Shown: piece by piece, positions 55,658 to 64,000 of the stretch
Numbering within the stretch: the stretch's first letter is position 1
How the letters are laid out: the number at the start of each line of letters is the position of its first letter
Assembly (NCBI GenBank): GCA_963713045.1
Contig: CAVQKE010000001.1
Span: 256,001-320,000, forward strand
Source of the DNA: an uncultured delta proteobacterium
Lineage (GTDB): Bacteria; Myxococcota; Myxococcia; Myxococcales; Myxococcaceae
Length of the DNA: 64,000 nt
Direction of reading: 5' to 3'
Made by a program: the position numbers and the translations under genes
The notes under the pieces: generated by a model
The model's database searches: none
Told to the model about the DNA's origin: nothing
Seen by the model: the letters and a program-made list of their open reading frames with translations, nothing else

Positions 55658-57090
55658 CTTCTCGACTGCTCGCGTTGTGCCTTCTCCTTTGCCTACCCGC
55701 TGCGGCTGAGCCCCGCGTTTGGACGCTGCAAAAGCCGTCGGCACGTATCCGCTTCACCGTCGAGGCTCCCCTCGACGCCATCCACGGCGCCTCCAATGGC
55801 ATGTCCGGGACCCTCAACTTCGCCGAGGAGGCTTGGGCCAGCGGGGCCGGGCGAATTCGAATCGACCTCACCGCGTTCACCACAGGGCTTTCGCTTCGAG
55901 ACGAGGACCTCCGGGACCAATTCTTCCAGACCGACCGGTTTGCCGAGGCAATGGTCTTTCTGACCGGAGTCGAGCGGGTCTCAGCAGCCGCGCTGACCTT
56001 GAACACCGATGTCCAAGCAGATGCGGTGGGGACGCTGTCGCTTCACGGGCAAACCCATCCGGTGCGAATCCCCATCACCGTCCGGCTGACGCAGTCGGAG
56101 GGTCAACGGGATTTGCTGGTCCGCGGAACGTTCGACGTCACCATGGCCGACTACGGCATCGAACGGCCGGCGCGCCTCTTCCTCAAGCTGGGGACGGTTG
56201 CGCGCGTGAGTTTTGACGCCACTTTCCGGGCGTCACCACCCGCTTCGGTGTCGCAAGCCGTGGCGGCCAGCGCCCCTCCGCCAGCCAAAAGCAGCGTGCT
56301 CAGTACCGTGGGTCCAGCACTCTCGCTGAATGTCGTGGTGGCCAGGAGGGTCAAGACAGCCGCTCGGGCTCCAGCTTGGGACTTTTCCCTCACCTCGCCC
56401 GAAGGACGGGGCGAACGTCTCTTCCATGACCCTGCAGTCGGCAGCGAGCTCAACGCCAACAGCTGCTGGTCCTGTCACAGCGTCCGCGACGAGCGCACCG
56501 GCTTCTTCGATGCGGCAGGTCACGTGAAGTCCAACGCCACGCTGTGGGACAGCGGTCGGCGCCCCAGCTACTGGCGTGGTTTCGCGCCGACGCTCGAACA
56601 GGGCATCGACATCTGCGTGCGCAAGTTCATGCTGAAGGCGGGGGGCGCATCCAAAGAGCAACTGGCGGACTTGGCGGCCTACCTCCGGCGGATTTCGCCC
56701 GACGTGCAGGCGCCGGAGGACTACACGGCCCTCGTTCTCGGCCGCTCCACGGCCATCGATCGGCCCACCGGGGGAAATGCCGACCGCGGAGCACTGTTGA
56801 CCGAGCGCTTCTGCAATTCTTGCCATGCCGAGGGTGCGCTGCGGCCGCCCCTCACGCCCGGTCTGTATGAGGCGGACTACTTGGTGAAGCGCATCCGGTG
56901 GATTCCGGGCCATGACGCCAAGCAAATGCCACCCCTGTCGATGGACCGCTTGCGGGACAGCGAACTGCGCGACATCGTCACCTACCTCGTCGGCGATGAC
57001 ACGACGCGCATCTTCCACAGGAAGCCAAAACCCGTCGTCGCTCCCCGCACTGAGGCGCCCCACACCACCCCACCACTCGCGGCGCGCTGA
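55654..57090 (+). CDS. Secreted YceI domain + di-heme cytochrome c fusion
   Basis: ATGA overlap; signal peptide; YceI (TGLSLRDEDLR, GTLSLHG, DYGI); CWSCH and CNSCH; QMP. Confidence 0.85.
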   Translation: MTSRLLALCLLLCLPAAAEPRVWTLQKPSARIRFTVEAPLDAIHGASNGMSGTLNFAEEAWASGAGRIRIDLTAFTTGLSLRDEDLRDQFFQTDRFAEAMVFLTGVERVSAAALTLNTDVQADAVGTLSLHGQTHPVRIPITVRLTQSEGQRDLLVRGTFDVTMADYGIERPARLFLKLGTVARVSFDATFRASPPASVSQAVAASAPPPAKSSVLSTVGPALSLNVVVARRVKTAARAPAWDFSLTSPEGRGERLFHDPAVGSELNANSCWSCHSVRDERTGFFDAAGHVKSNATLWDSGRRPSYWRGFAPTLEQGIDICVRKFMLKAGGASKEQLADLAAYLRRISPDVQAPEDYTALVLGRSTAIDRPTGGNADRGALLTERFCNSCHAEGALRPPLTPGLYEADYLVKRIRWIPGHDAKQMPPLSMDRLRDSELRDIVTYLVGDDTTRIFHRKPKPVVAPRTEAPHTTPPLAAR

Positions 57091-57278
57091 GAGGGCCGAG
57101 CCGGTCGTCCTGGCGTCCACTGTGTTGGGGAGCCGTCCGGTCAACTGTGCCTGGCCGAACGCAGGCCAGCTCATCAGAAGGTTTACTGACAAAGGATTCC
57201 GGACAGGTGGCCGAACGTCGGCGCGATCAGATATGCCGGCAGCTACCGGAAACCTGCCGGACGCCAGAGGAGCCGCCC

Positions 57279-58337
57279 ATGTCGCTGGACATCTCCATTA
57301 CCCGGTCCACGCAACCACGTCCGAAGCCGCCGCCGGGGGACCTCGCGTTCGGGCGCTTCTTCAGCGACCACATGTTTCTCGCCGACTACGAGTCAGGCAG
57401 CTGGGGCAATGCCCGCGTGGTGCCGTACGGGCCGCTCGCCCTCGACCCGGCGGCGGCTGTCCTGCACTATGGGCAGGCCCTGTTCGAGGGGATGAAGGCG
57501 TACCGGGCCAAGAATGGCCGGGCACTGGTGTTTCGGCCCCAGCTACACGCGGCTCGGCTCAACGCCAGTGCTGAGCGGCTGTGCATGCCCAGCCTGCCGG
57601 AGGAGGACTTCCACCAGGCGTTGAAGGCCCTGCTGCAGGTGGACTGCGAGTGGATTCCGGCGGTGCCAGGAACGGCCCTCTACCTTCGACCGACGATGAT
57701 TGCCACCGAGCCTTTTCTCGGTGTCCGGCCCGCCCGCCGATACAGCTTCTTCATCATCGCCTCTCCGGTTGCCGGCTATTGGGGTCCGAAGCCCTCGGGC
57801 CTAAGGCTGTGGGTGGAGACCAAAGCCGTGCGGGCGGCGAAAGGTGGCGTTGGGGCGGCCAAGGCCGGCGCCAACTACGTCGCAAGTCTCCTCACCGCCG
57901 AGCAAGCGAAGGCGCAAGGCTACAGCCAAGTGCTGTGGCTTGACTCGACGCATACCCACGTCGAAGAAGTTGGGACGATGAACGTCTTCTTTCGCTTTGG
58001 CGAGACGGTGGTGACACCGCCCCTGGACGGCTCGTTCCTCGCCGGCGTCACCCGGGACACTGTCCTGCGTCTGCTTCGGCGCTGGAAGGTCCCCGTCGAA
58101 GAGCGACCGGTGGCCATGGCCGAGGTGGCGGCGGCCTATGACCGCGGCGAGTTGAAGGAAGTCTTCGGCACCGGGACGGCGGCAGTCATCGCCCCCGTCA
58201 GTGAACTCACCTGGGGAAAACGGTCCCTGCGTCTGAGCGAGCAGCGCGGTGCGGTGGCCGAGCGGGCCTTCCGGGCCCTCACCGAGCTCACCCAGAGGGG
58301 CGAACCGGACGCCGAGGGCTGGCTGGTCGAAATGTGA
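57279..58337 (+). CDS. ilvE: Branched-chain amino-acid aminotransferase
   Basis: LHYGQALFEGMKAY, LYLRP, AKAGANY, EEVGTMN, LAGVTRD, GTAAVI. Confidence 0.94.
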   Translation: MSLDISITRSTQPRPKPPPGDLAFGRFFSDHMFLADYESGSWGNARVVPYGPLALDPAAAVLHYGQALFEGMKAYRAKNGRALVFRPQLHAARLNASAERLCMPSLPEEDFHQALKALLQVDCEWIPAVPGTALYLRPTMIATEPFLGVRPARRYSFFIIASPVAGYWGPKPSGLRLWVETKAVRAAKGGVGAAKAGANYVASLLTAEQAKAQGYSQVLWLDSTHTHVEEVGTMNVFFRFGETVVTPPLDGSFLAGVTRDTVLRLLRRWKVPVEERPVAMAEVAAAYDRGELKEVFGTGTAAVIAPVSELTWGKRSLRLSEQRGAVAERAFRALTELTQRGEPDAEGWLVEM

Positions 58338-59701
58338 AGCGAGCGCCGGCCTTCGACGTCGCCATCGTCGGAGGCGGCGCCAGCGCCGCCCTGCTCGCCA
58401 TTCAGCTTCTGCGCCGAGCGCCCAGGGGCTTTCGCCTTGTCTTGGTGGACCGAGCCGGAGACTTTGCGCGGGGCATTGCCTACCGCACCGTCGAGAGTTG
58501 CCACCTCCTCAACGTCCCGGCGGCGCGCATGAGTGCGCTTCCTGACGAGGAGGGGCACTTTCTCTCCTGGCTTCGCCGGCATGAGTCCGGGGCCGGCCCC
58601 GAGACGTACGCGCGCCGCCTCCTGTACGGCGACTACCTGAGCGAGCTCCTCGACAGCGCAGAGCGCGGCGCAGCCGGGACGCTACTCGAGCGGACGCAAG
58701 ACGAAGTCCAGGACTTGGAGGAGGTTTCCAGTGGGGTGCGGTTGCAGCTGGCCACCGGAGACTCTTTCCTCGCCGGCCGGGTGGTGCTGGCCCTTGGAAA
58801 CTTCCCCCCCAGTCCACTTGAGGTGGCCGAGGACGCCCAGAGGTTGGTGTGGCAGTCGCCCTGGCCCCGGAACGCGCTCTGGCCTCCTTCTGAGGCGACG
58901 GTGCTGGTGGTGGGCGCGGGCCTCACCGCGGTGGACGTGCTGCTGTCGCTCGCTGCACGCGGCCACCGGGGGTCGTGGCACGTCCTGTCCCGTCACGGGC
59001 TAATGCCCAACCCGCACGGCGAAACGACGCTCGCCCCTCTCAAGCTCGAGCTTCCTCGGGGCAAAGTACGGCGGCTGGTGCGCGCAGTGCGCGAAGCCTC
59101 TGCGCCCTTCGCCGACTGGCGGCCAGCCGTGGACAGCGTGCGCACGCAAGCCCAAGCCCTGTGGCGTTCCGTTTCTCATGCTGAGCAAGCGCGCTTCATG
59201 CGCCATGCACGCACGTATTGGGAGGTGCACCGGCACCGTGTCGCGCCTGCGGTGGGAAGGGTGGTGCAAGGGTTTCGAGACTCGGGCCAGCTTCAGGTGC
59301 ACGCCGGTCGGCTGTTGGGACTCGTCGCCCTCCGGTCGAGACTTGAGGCGAGCTTTCGGCCTCGGGGGGCAGCCCACCAAGAGAGGCTCGTCGTGGACTT
59401 AGTCGTCAACTGCACGGGCCCCGCGGGCCAGGTCGCAAACCCGGACGCGTTGGTGCGTGCCCTGCTCCGGCGCGGACTCGCCCGGCCCGGTCCTTTTCGG
59501 CTGGGGCTGGCCACCGATGAGCGAGGGGCACTGCTCGACGCGCACAGCCGAGCAGGCGGCCTTCTGTGGACGCTCGGCTCGGTCCGGCGCGGGGAGGTGT
59601 GGGAGTCCACTGCCATTCCGGACATTCGAGTGCAGGCGGCGGAACTGGCCACTCACCTTGTGCGGCTGCCTGCAGAGCGCCTGCCGAACGGCTCAGAGTG
59701 A
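58334..59701 (+). CDS. FAD/NAD(P)-binding oxidoreductase of unknown substrate
   Basis: GGGASA, HLLNVPA..MSA, GAGLTAVD, WEVHRHR, WESTAIPDIR. Confidence 0.85.
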   Translation: MKRAPAFDVAIVGGGASAALLAIQLLRRAPRGFRLVLVDRAGDFARGIAYRTVESCHLLNVPAARMSALPDEEGHFLSWLRRHESGAGPETYARRLLYGDYLSELLDSAERGAAGTLLERTQDEVQDLEEVSSGVRLQLATGDSFLAGRVVLALGNFPPSPLEVAEDAQRLVWQSPWPRNALWPPSEATVLVVGAGLTAVDVLLSLAARGHRGSWHVLSRHGLMPNPHGETTLAPLKLELPRGKVRRLVRAVREASAPFADWRPAVDSVRTQAQALWRSVSHAEQARFMRHARTYWEVHRHRVAPAVGRVVQGFRDSGQLQVHAGRLLGLVALRSRLEASFRPRGAAHQERLVVDLVVNCTGPAGQVANPDALVRALLRRGLARPGPFRLGLATDERGALLDAHSRAGGLLWTLGSVRRGEVWESTAIPDIRVQAAELATHLVRLPAERLPNGSE

Positions 59702-59944
59702 CTGGCCCGAAGGCGGCACGTCCGGGCGTCGACTGGTGTCTCGCACGTCGGCCGGATGGACCGCGTGCACGGGACCCCGGCGGACTGCACCCTCGAGGGC
59801 CCGCACCACGTCCCAGGCCAGAGCCGTGCTGACTGCGTCGAAGGCAACGGCCACCACCAGCGCTACAACCACCAGTCGCAGGAGCGAAGGTTGCTTCGGA
59901 GCGCTTGCCTCACCCAGGACTATCCGTGCGTGCGCCATTGCCAA
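59693..59944 (-). CDS. Possible small single-TM protein
   Basis: 83-aa ORF with one clear hydrophobic helix; no recognised family. Confidence 0.35.
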   Translation of the reverse strand: MAMAHARIVLGEASAPKQPSLLRLVVVALVVAVAFDAVSTALAWDVVRALEGAVRRGPVHAVHPADVRDTSRRPDVPPSGQSL

Positions 59945-60339
59945 AACCGCCTACACACTACGACGCCCCTCGGCGTCTCCTATTTCAGGACGCAAAGTCG
60001 GGGCCAGCCTCTCGTTGGAAAAACCCCTGGCCTTTTGAAAGGTTGTGGTGTCGAGGCTTCCATGGTGATTGAAGAAACTTCCTTCCCGGGGAAAGGCTGC
60101 ACCTCCAAAGCGGCGGCGTCCGGCGCCGTCGAAAACATCCGCGCTGGGCAGCAGGCACTCGCTTTCGCTGTAGGAGTCAAAGCGGACTCTGAAGTGCGCA
60201 AGAAAGTCTACCGAAGCCCACTTCTTTCGGGGCCTCGCCTTGCCAACTGTCGGGGGAGACGCACGCCGCGTACCGCCCAGTTTCATGCGGCTTGCTCCAC
60301 ACCGTCCGCCACCGGCAATGCATTGGGAACGGGGCGTCA

Positions 60340-60352
60340 TTGCAGCTTGCAA
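60340..60352. promoter_or_regulatory. Putative enhancer (UAS) TTGCA-N3-TGCAA
   Basis: Palindrome starting 69 nt before the sigma-54 box; the same motif occurs at 63519. Confidence 0.55.
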
Positions 60353-60408
60353 CGCAAGCGCGCCTCCAGCTCTAGGCGAACGTCTCTGCCCGGTCTGAGT
60401 GTATTCCA

Positions 60409-60423
60409 TGGCATGACACTTGC
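60409..60423 (+). promoter_or_regulatory. Sigma-54 -24/-12 promoter
   Basis: TGGCATG-ACAC-TTGC, near-consensus. Confidence 0.7.
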
Positions 60424-60495
60424 GGTGTCCGCATCACCATGACGCAGGGCGGCGCGCCCTGAATTCCCTCGCCTGTCAGGAGAGCTGGACCCTTA

Positions 60496-61998
60496 ATGCC
60501 TCCCACGACGCTGGTATTGACTCTGCTGTGCGCGGCCCTGGACGCACCGCCGTCCCCGGGAAGCGCCCCGCCGCCAGAGACGACTGACGCCGGGACGGCT
60601 GCTTCCGCGCCGGAAGTGGCAGTGGGCGCAAACGACGCCGGCGTTTCCGGCACACTAAGCGAGGGCTTCTTCACCCGCTTGGGCAACGCCTACTGGCAGG
60701 ACTGGACGGGCACCCTCCCCCCTCAACCGGAGGCGCCGTCCCGGGGCTACCCCGCACCAGTCAGCAACCCGCCTTTTCCATTCGACTACTGGCCGTATGG
60801 CGGCTCGCCACCCATCGGCGCCCCGAATGCTGCTTGGTCTCCCCTCATGGCTGCCATCTATGGAGGCCCGGGCGGGGATGCGTGGAAGGCAAGCGGCGTC
60901 CGAATTTACGGCTGGCTGGCGGCCGGCTTCAACGTCAGCTCCTCGCGGGAGAGCGGGTTCGCCAACGCACCCGCCGCCTATTACGCCATCTCAAACACCG
61001 TCATCCTCGACCAGTTTACCCTCTACATCGAGCGGAAGCCGGACACGGTGCAGACGGAGCACTTCGACTGGGGCTTTCGGCTGACGAATCTGTTCGGGCT
61101 CGACTACCGCTACACCACGATGAAGGGCGTCTTCAGTAACCAGCTGTTGGTGAGCAACAACGACTACGGCTACGACCCGGTCATGTTTTACGTCGACCTC
61201 TACTGGCCTGTCCTCGCGGGCCTCAATATACGCGTCGGTCGCTACATCTCCCTTCCAGACATTGAGGCTCAGCTCGCTCCCGACAACTATACCTACAGCC
61301 ACTCTCTGCTCTACACCTATGACTGCTACACCCAGCTGGGCATCTTGACGACCCTGAAGCTGGACGACCATTGGCTATTTCAGTTTGGACTTTCGTCGGG
61401 CAACGACATCGCCTTCTGGGTGCAGAATGCGGGAGCGCAGCCGACGTTGACCATCTGCGGCTCGTACACGTGGAGCGAGGGCAAGGACAACGTCTACGTC
61501 TGTGCCAACTCCATCAACAATGCCAACTATGGCTACAACAACATGAATGCGTACTACGCCACGTGGTACCACCAGTTCGGTGATGGGCCTTTCCACATCG
61601 CCATCGAGGCCTGGTACCAGTACCAGCTAAACGTCCCGAGCATCTTTGTCCCCAACAACCCGGCTCTCATTACGGGCGCGAACGGGGCTTGGTGCGCCAC
61701 GGGCGAGACGAAGTGCACCGCCCCGGAGTGGGCCATCGTCAACTACATCGAGCTCAAGCTCGGCGAGCACGACGCCCTCGGCTGGCGCAGCGAATACTTC
61801 GACGACCTCCAGGGACAACGCTCTGGCTACAAGACCCAATATTTCGAGACGCTGCTTTCTTACGTGCATTGGATTGGAAGCAGCATCATCCTGAGGCCGG
61901 AAGTCCGCTTCGAGCGGTCGTTCGAACGGCCGGCGTACAACAACGGGACAGCCATGAATCAGGCCGTCTTCGCTGCCGACCTCATCTTCAAATACTAA
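60496..61998 (+). CDS. Outer-membrane porin (DUF1597/BBP2-like)
   Basis: Signal peptide; DWGFRLTNLFG.DYRY, GRYISLPDIE, N..YSHS, LRPEVRF, C-terminal DLIFKY. Confidence 0.8.
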   Translation: MPPTTLVLTLLCAALDAPPSPGSAPPPETTDAGTAASAPEVAVGANDAGVSGTLSEGFFTRLGNAYWQDWTGTLPPQPEAPSRGYPAPVSNPPFPFDYWPYGGSPPIGAPNAAWSPLMAAIYGGPGGDAWKASGVRIYGWLAAGFNVSSSRESGFANAPAAYYAISNTVILDQFTLYIERKPDTVQTEHFDWGFRLTNLFGLDYRYTTMKGVFSNQLLVSNNDYGYDPVMFYVDLYWPVLAGLNIRVGRYISLPDIEAQLAPDNYTYSHSLLYTYDCYTQLGILTTLKLDDHWLFQFGLSSGNDIAFWVQNAGAQPTLTICGSYTWSEGKDNVYVCANSINNANYGYNNMNAYYATWYHQFGDGPFHIAIEAWYQYQLNVPSIFVPNNPALITGANGAWCATGETKCTAPEWAIVNYIELKLGEHDALGWRSEYFDDLQGQRSGYKTQYFETLLSYVHWIGSSIILRPEVRFERSFERPAYNNGTAMNQAVFAADLIFKY

Positions 61999-62008
61999 AC
62001 CGACACAC

Positions 62009-63412
62009 TCAGAGCCGGACGAGAAACGCGACGTTGACTCGGTTCTCGAAGTTGACGAGGTCGGGGCTCCACCCCGGAACTGTACTTCCCGGCAAACCTT
62101 GGTTACCGCCTGGCGGTGTTACGCCGCCGGGACCGGCAAAGTACGGCACGCTCGAGCTACGGTGAATGTACTCCATGCGCAACGTCGTGAACTGGGAGGG
62201 CATGAAGTCGAAAGTGACAGAGGTGTCCCAAGCCCGAAACGGGTTGCCTGGGTTCTCCGTAAAATACGGCGTGCCCGAGGAGGCCGTGGCTCCGTTGATA
62301 GGCGGCAGGAGGACCAGGTAGCGACCCGGATTGTTGATGGCACCCCCCCCAACGGTAATGGCAAAGACGTCATGCCAGAACCAGAAGCGATTGTAGAACA
62401 TGAAGCCGAGAAAGAACTGCGATGGGGCGGCTCCAGTGCCGGCGAAGCACGAAACCCCGCCACCAGTTTCGCAACCGGCGTCGATGGTCAGGGAAAACGC
62501 TGCCTTGCTGACAAGAGACTGCGGTTGGTCAAGGTATTTCACTTGACCACTGGTGTCGCTGTGCATCCTCCACCGGCCCGGGTTGTAGAGCGTGTCGGTC
62601 CCGAAATACTCGTTGGTCACAAATGAAAACCATCCCGTCGGCCGCCAAAGAATTTCCCAGCCAAAGCCTGGAATTTCGTTGAATTTCCCGTAGGACTGCC
62701 ACCCATTGATAAGCCAAAGCTCGACCTTGAGCGTTTCCGTTGGAAATGTCTGGATGCGCACACCGTTGAAGAACCAAGGCGTGTTCGCCGACACATAGGA
62801 CATCTGGTACACCCAGTTGTCGAAGTTGTAATAGCTGCAAAGACCGATGTAGGACATGAAAATTCCGACGTCGACGTTGATGCCGTACATGGCGTCGAAG
62901 TGGTAGCCGGCGTAGGCCTCGGAGAGGTACCGGTACACGTCGGCCAGGCTCCATTGGCCGCGGGATGGACTCGCGTCGTTACGAGGGGTCATCGTCGAGT
63001 AGAGACCGAACTGGGTGAGCAGCCGTCCCCGGATGTGCTTCCAGTAAAGGTCCCCTCCTACGCCGAAGTCCTCGATCTGAAACTCATAGGTGCGACCAGA
63101 ATTCGTCGAACCAATGAGCGTATCGTCCTTGGGATGAGCAAAATCGAAGATGTAGTTGGCGTCGAAAGAGAATTCGCCGGTGAACGGACCTGCAGTGAGC
63201 GGAAAGTCCACTTGGCGGCTGGTCCCGTTGAGCCAGGTGAAGTCAGCGAAGGAAAACGGTTGGGGCGTTGGCTCGGGACCGACCAGAGTCGTGGTCGTGG
63301 CGGGGGGGGCCGGCGCCGCAGGCGCGATGACCGGCGCGGATGGCTGCGCCTCCTGCGCCAGTGCCATAGAGCCACTGAGCGCGACAGCAGCTGCGAGTTT
63401 GTAGAGCCGCAT
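62009..63412 (-). CDS. Outer-membrane porin (DUF1597/BBP2-like)
   Basis: Signal peptide ALA-Q; YLSEAYAGYH, GIFMSYIG, NTPWFFNG, INGWQ. Confidence 0.82.
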   Translation of the reverse strand: MRLYKLAAAVALSGSMALAQEAQPSAPVIAPAAPAPPATTTTLVGPEPTPQPFSFADFTWLNGTSRQVDFPLTAGPFTGEFSFDANYIFDFAHPKDDTLIGSTNSGRTYEFQIEDFGVGGDLYWKHIRGRLLTQFGLYSTMTPRNDASPSRGQWSLADVYRYLSEAYAGYHFDAMYGINVDVGIFMSYIGLCSYYNFDNWVYQMSYVSANTPWFFNGVRIQTFPTETLKVELWLINGWQSYGKFNEIPGFGWEILWRPTGWFSFVTNEYFGTDTLYNPGRWRMHSDTSGQVKYLDQPQSLVSKAAFSLTIDAGCETGGGVSCFAGTGAAPSQFFLGFMFYNRFWFWHDVFAITVGGGAINNPGRYLVLLPPINGATASSGTPYFTENPGNPFRAWDTSVTFDFMPSQFTTLRMEYIHRSSSVPYFAGPGGVTPPGGNQGLPGSTVPGWSPDLVNFENRVNVAFLVRL

Positions 63413-63426
63413 GCTCTCTGGCTCAA

Positions 63427-63441
63427 GCAAATACAGCGCCA
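63427..63441 (-). promoter_or_regulatory. Putative sigma-54 promoter for the minus-strand porin
   Basis: Minus strand TGGCGCT-GTAT-TTGC; implies a very short leader before ATG 63412. Confidence 0.45.
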
Positions 63442-63518
63442 CAGCATCGAAGCTCCCTAGGAAGGGCTCGATGGCCAGCGGTCGTCCTGTAGTCAGCAAG
63501 GTTTGCGGCTGCATGCTT

Positions 63519-63531
63519 TTGCAGAATGCAA
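63519..63531. promoter_or_regulatory. Putative enhancer (UAS) TTGCA-N3-TGCAA
   Basis: TTGCAGAATGCAA between divergent sigma-54-like boxes. Confidence 0.55.
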
Positions 63532-63585
63532 CACGAGCGCGGTCGCCACGGGCGTGCGCAAGTCAGCTCCGTTGAAGGACACGGC

Positions 63586-63600
63586 TGGCGCGCGGTGTGC
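63586..63600 (+). promoter_or_regulatory. Putative sigma-54 promoter for the kdp operon
   Basis: TGGCGCG-CGGT-GTGC(A), GG-N10-GC; starts 67 nt after the UAS start. Confidence 0.55.
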
Positions 63601-63640
63601 AGTATTCCGGCTGTCGTTTACCAGTCTGGGGACTTCAACC

Positions 63641-63724
63641 ATGTTGGATTTACTGTTCGTCGCCGCCACCGTCGCGTTCTTCGCCGCAGCCTTTGGGTAC
63701 GCCCAGGCCTGCGACAGGGTGTGA
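63641..63724 (+). CDS. 27-aa hydrophobic peptide upstream of kdpF
   Basis: MLDLLFVAATVAFFAAAFGYAQACDRV; GGGGA RBS. Confidence 0.7.
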   Translation: MLDLLFVAATVAFFAAAFGYAQACDRV

Positions 63725-63736
63725 AGGAGTTCGCCC

Positions 63737-63826
63737 ATGACTCTCGACTACTGGATGGGTGCGGTCATCTCCGTGCTGCTGGCGGTCTATCTCTTTTACG
63801 CGCTGCTCCGTCCAGAGCGCTTCTAG
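63737..63826 (+). CDS. kdpF: K+-transporting ATPase subunit F
   Basis: AAGGAG RBS; 29 aa ending YLFYALLRPERF. Confidence 0.93.
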   Translation: MTLDYWMGAVISVLLAVYLFYALLRPERF

Positions 63827-63833
63827 GGTTTCC

Positions 63834-64000
63834 ATGACGCTCGTCGGGTGGGCGCAAATTCTCGTTTTCGCTGGCGTCATTCTCGCCGTCACCCGGCCTC
63901 TGGGAGCGTTGCTCTACCGGGTGTACGAGGGAGAACGGCAGCCCCTGCCGCGCTTGCTGGGTCCTATCGAGCGCGGCGTCTACCGGCTGTGCGGCATCGA
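63834..64000 (+). CDS. kdpA: K+-transporting ATPase subunit A (3'-truncated by window edge)
   Basis: MTLVGWAQILVF...TRPLG..LYRVYEG...LGPIERGVYRLCGI directly after kdpF. Confidence 0.9.
   Translation, partial: MTLVGWAQILVFAGVILAVTRPLGALLYRVYEGERQPLPRLLGPIERGVYRLCGI

Noticed and set aside
8742..59652. Many long alternative-frame and antisense ORFs in the track (e.g. 8742..9992, 11437..12546, 13366..14826, 53933..55171)
   Set aside because: Arg/Pro/Ala-rich shadow ORFs expected in high-GC DNA, overlapping well-supported genes.

Overview
High-GC bacterial DNA, most likely a Myxococcota-like deltaproteobacterium. This is inferred from sigma-54 promoters, a Ser/Thr kinase-RDD fusion, lipoprotein multiheme cytochromes and Cys-rich/DGG motifs. 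I found no rRNA, intact tRNA, CRISPR array, transposase or integrase. Left to right: an exosortase K plus VIT/vWA target pair next to a 3'-half tRNA-Asn remnant (possible att scar); a transporter/DUF cluster (DUF2950, DUF3300, YdiK, SulP, PPK2); a porin + 13-heme + monoheme + decaheme OmcA/MtrC-like cluster (candidate extracellular electron-transfer conduit with Cys-rich insertions); a 58-aa basic ORF missing from the ORF track; a SigG/ECF56-like sigma unit with two matching promoters; a beta-propeller/di-heme lipoprotein; cNMP-TrxB-like and ClC genes; a MarR-EmrAB-TolC operon; a run of redox/stress genes; a coupled truncated-hemoglobin / kinase-RDD / YceI-diheme operon; ilvE; and two porins plus the start of kdp, sharing a sigma-54/UAS promoter layout. 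Three genes each carry an apparent +1 frameshift (pseudogenes or assembly errors). All family calls come from recognising motifs by eye; no searches were run.
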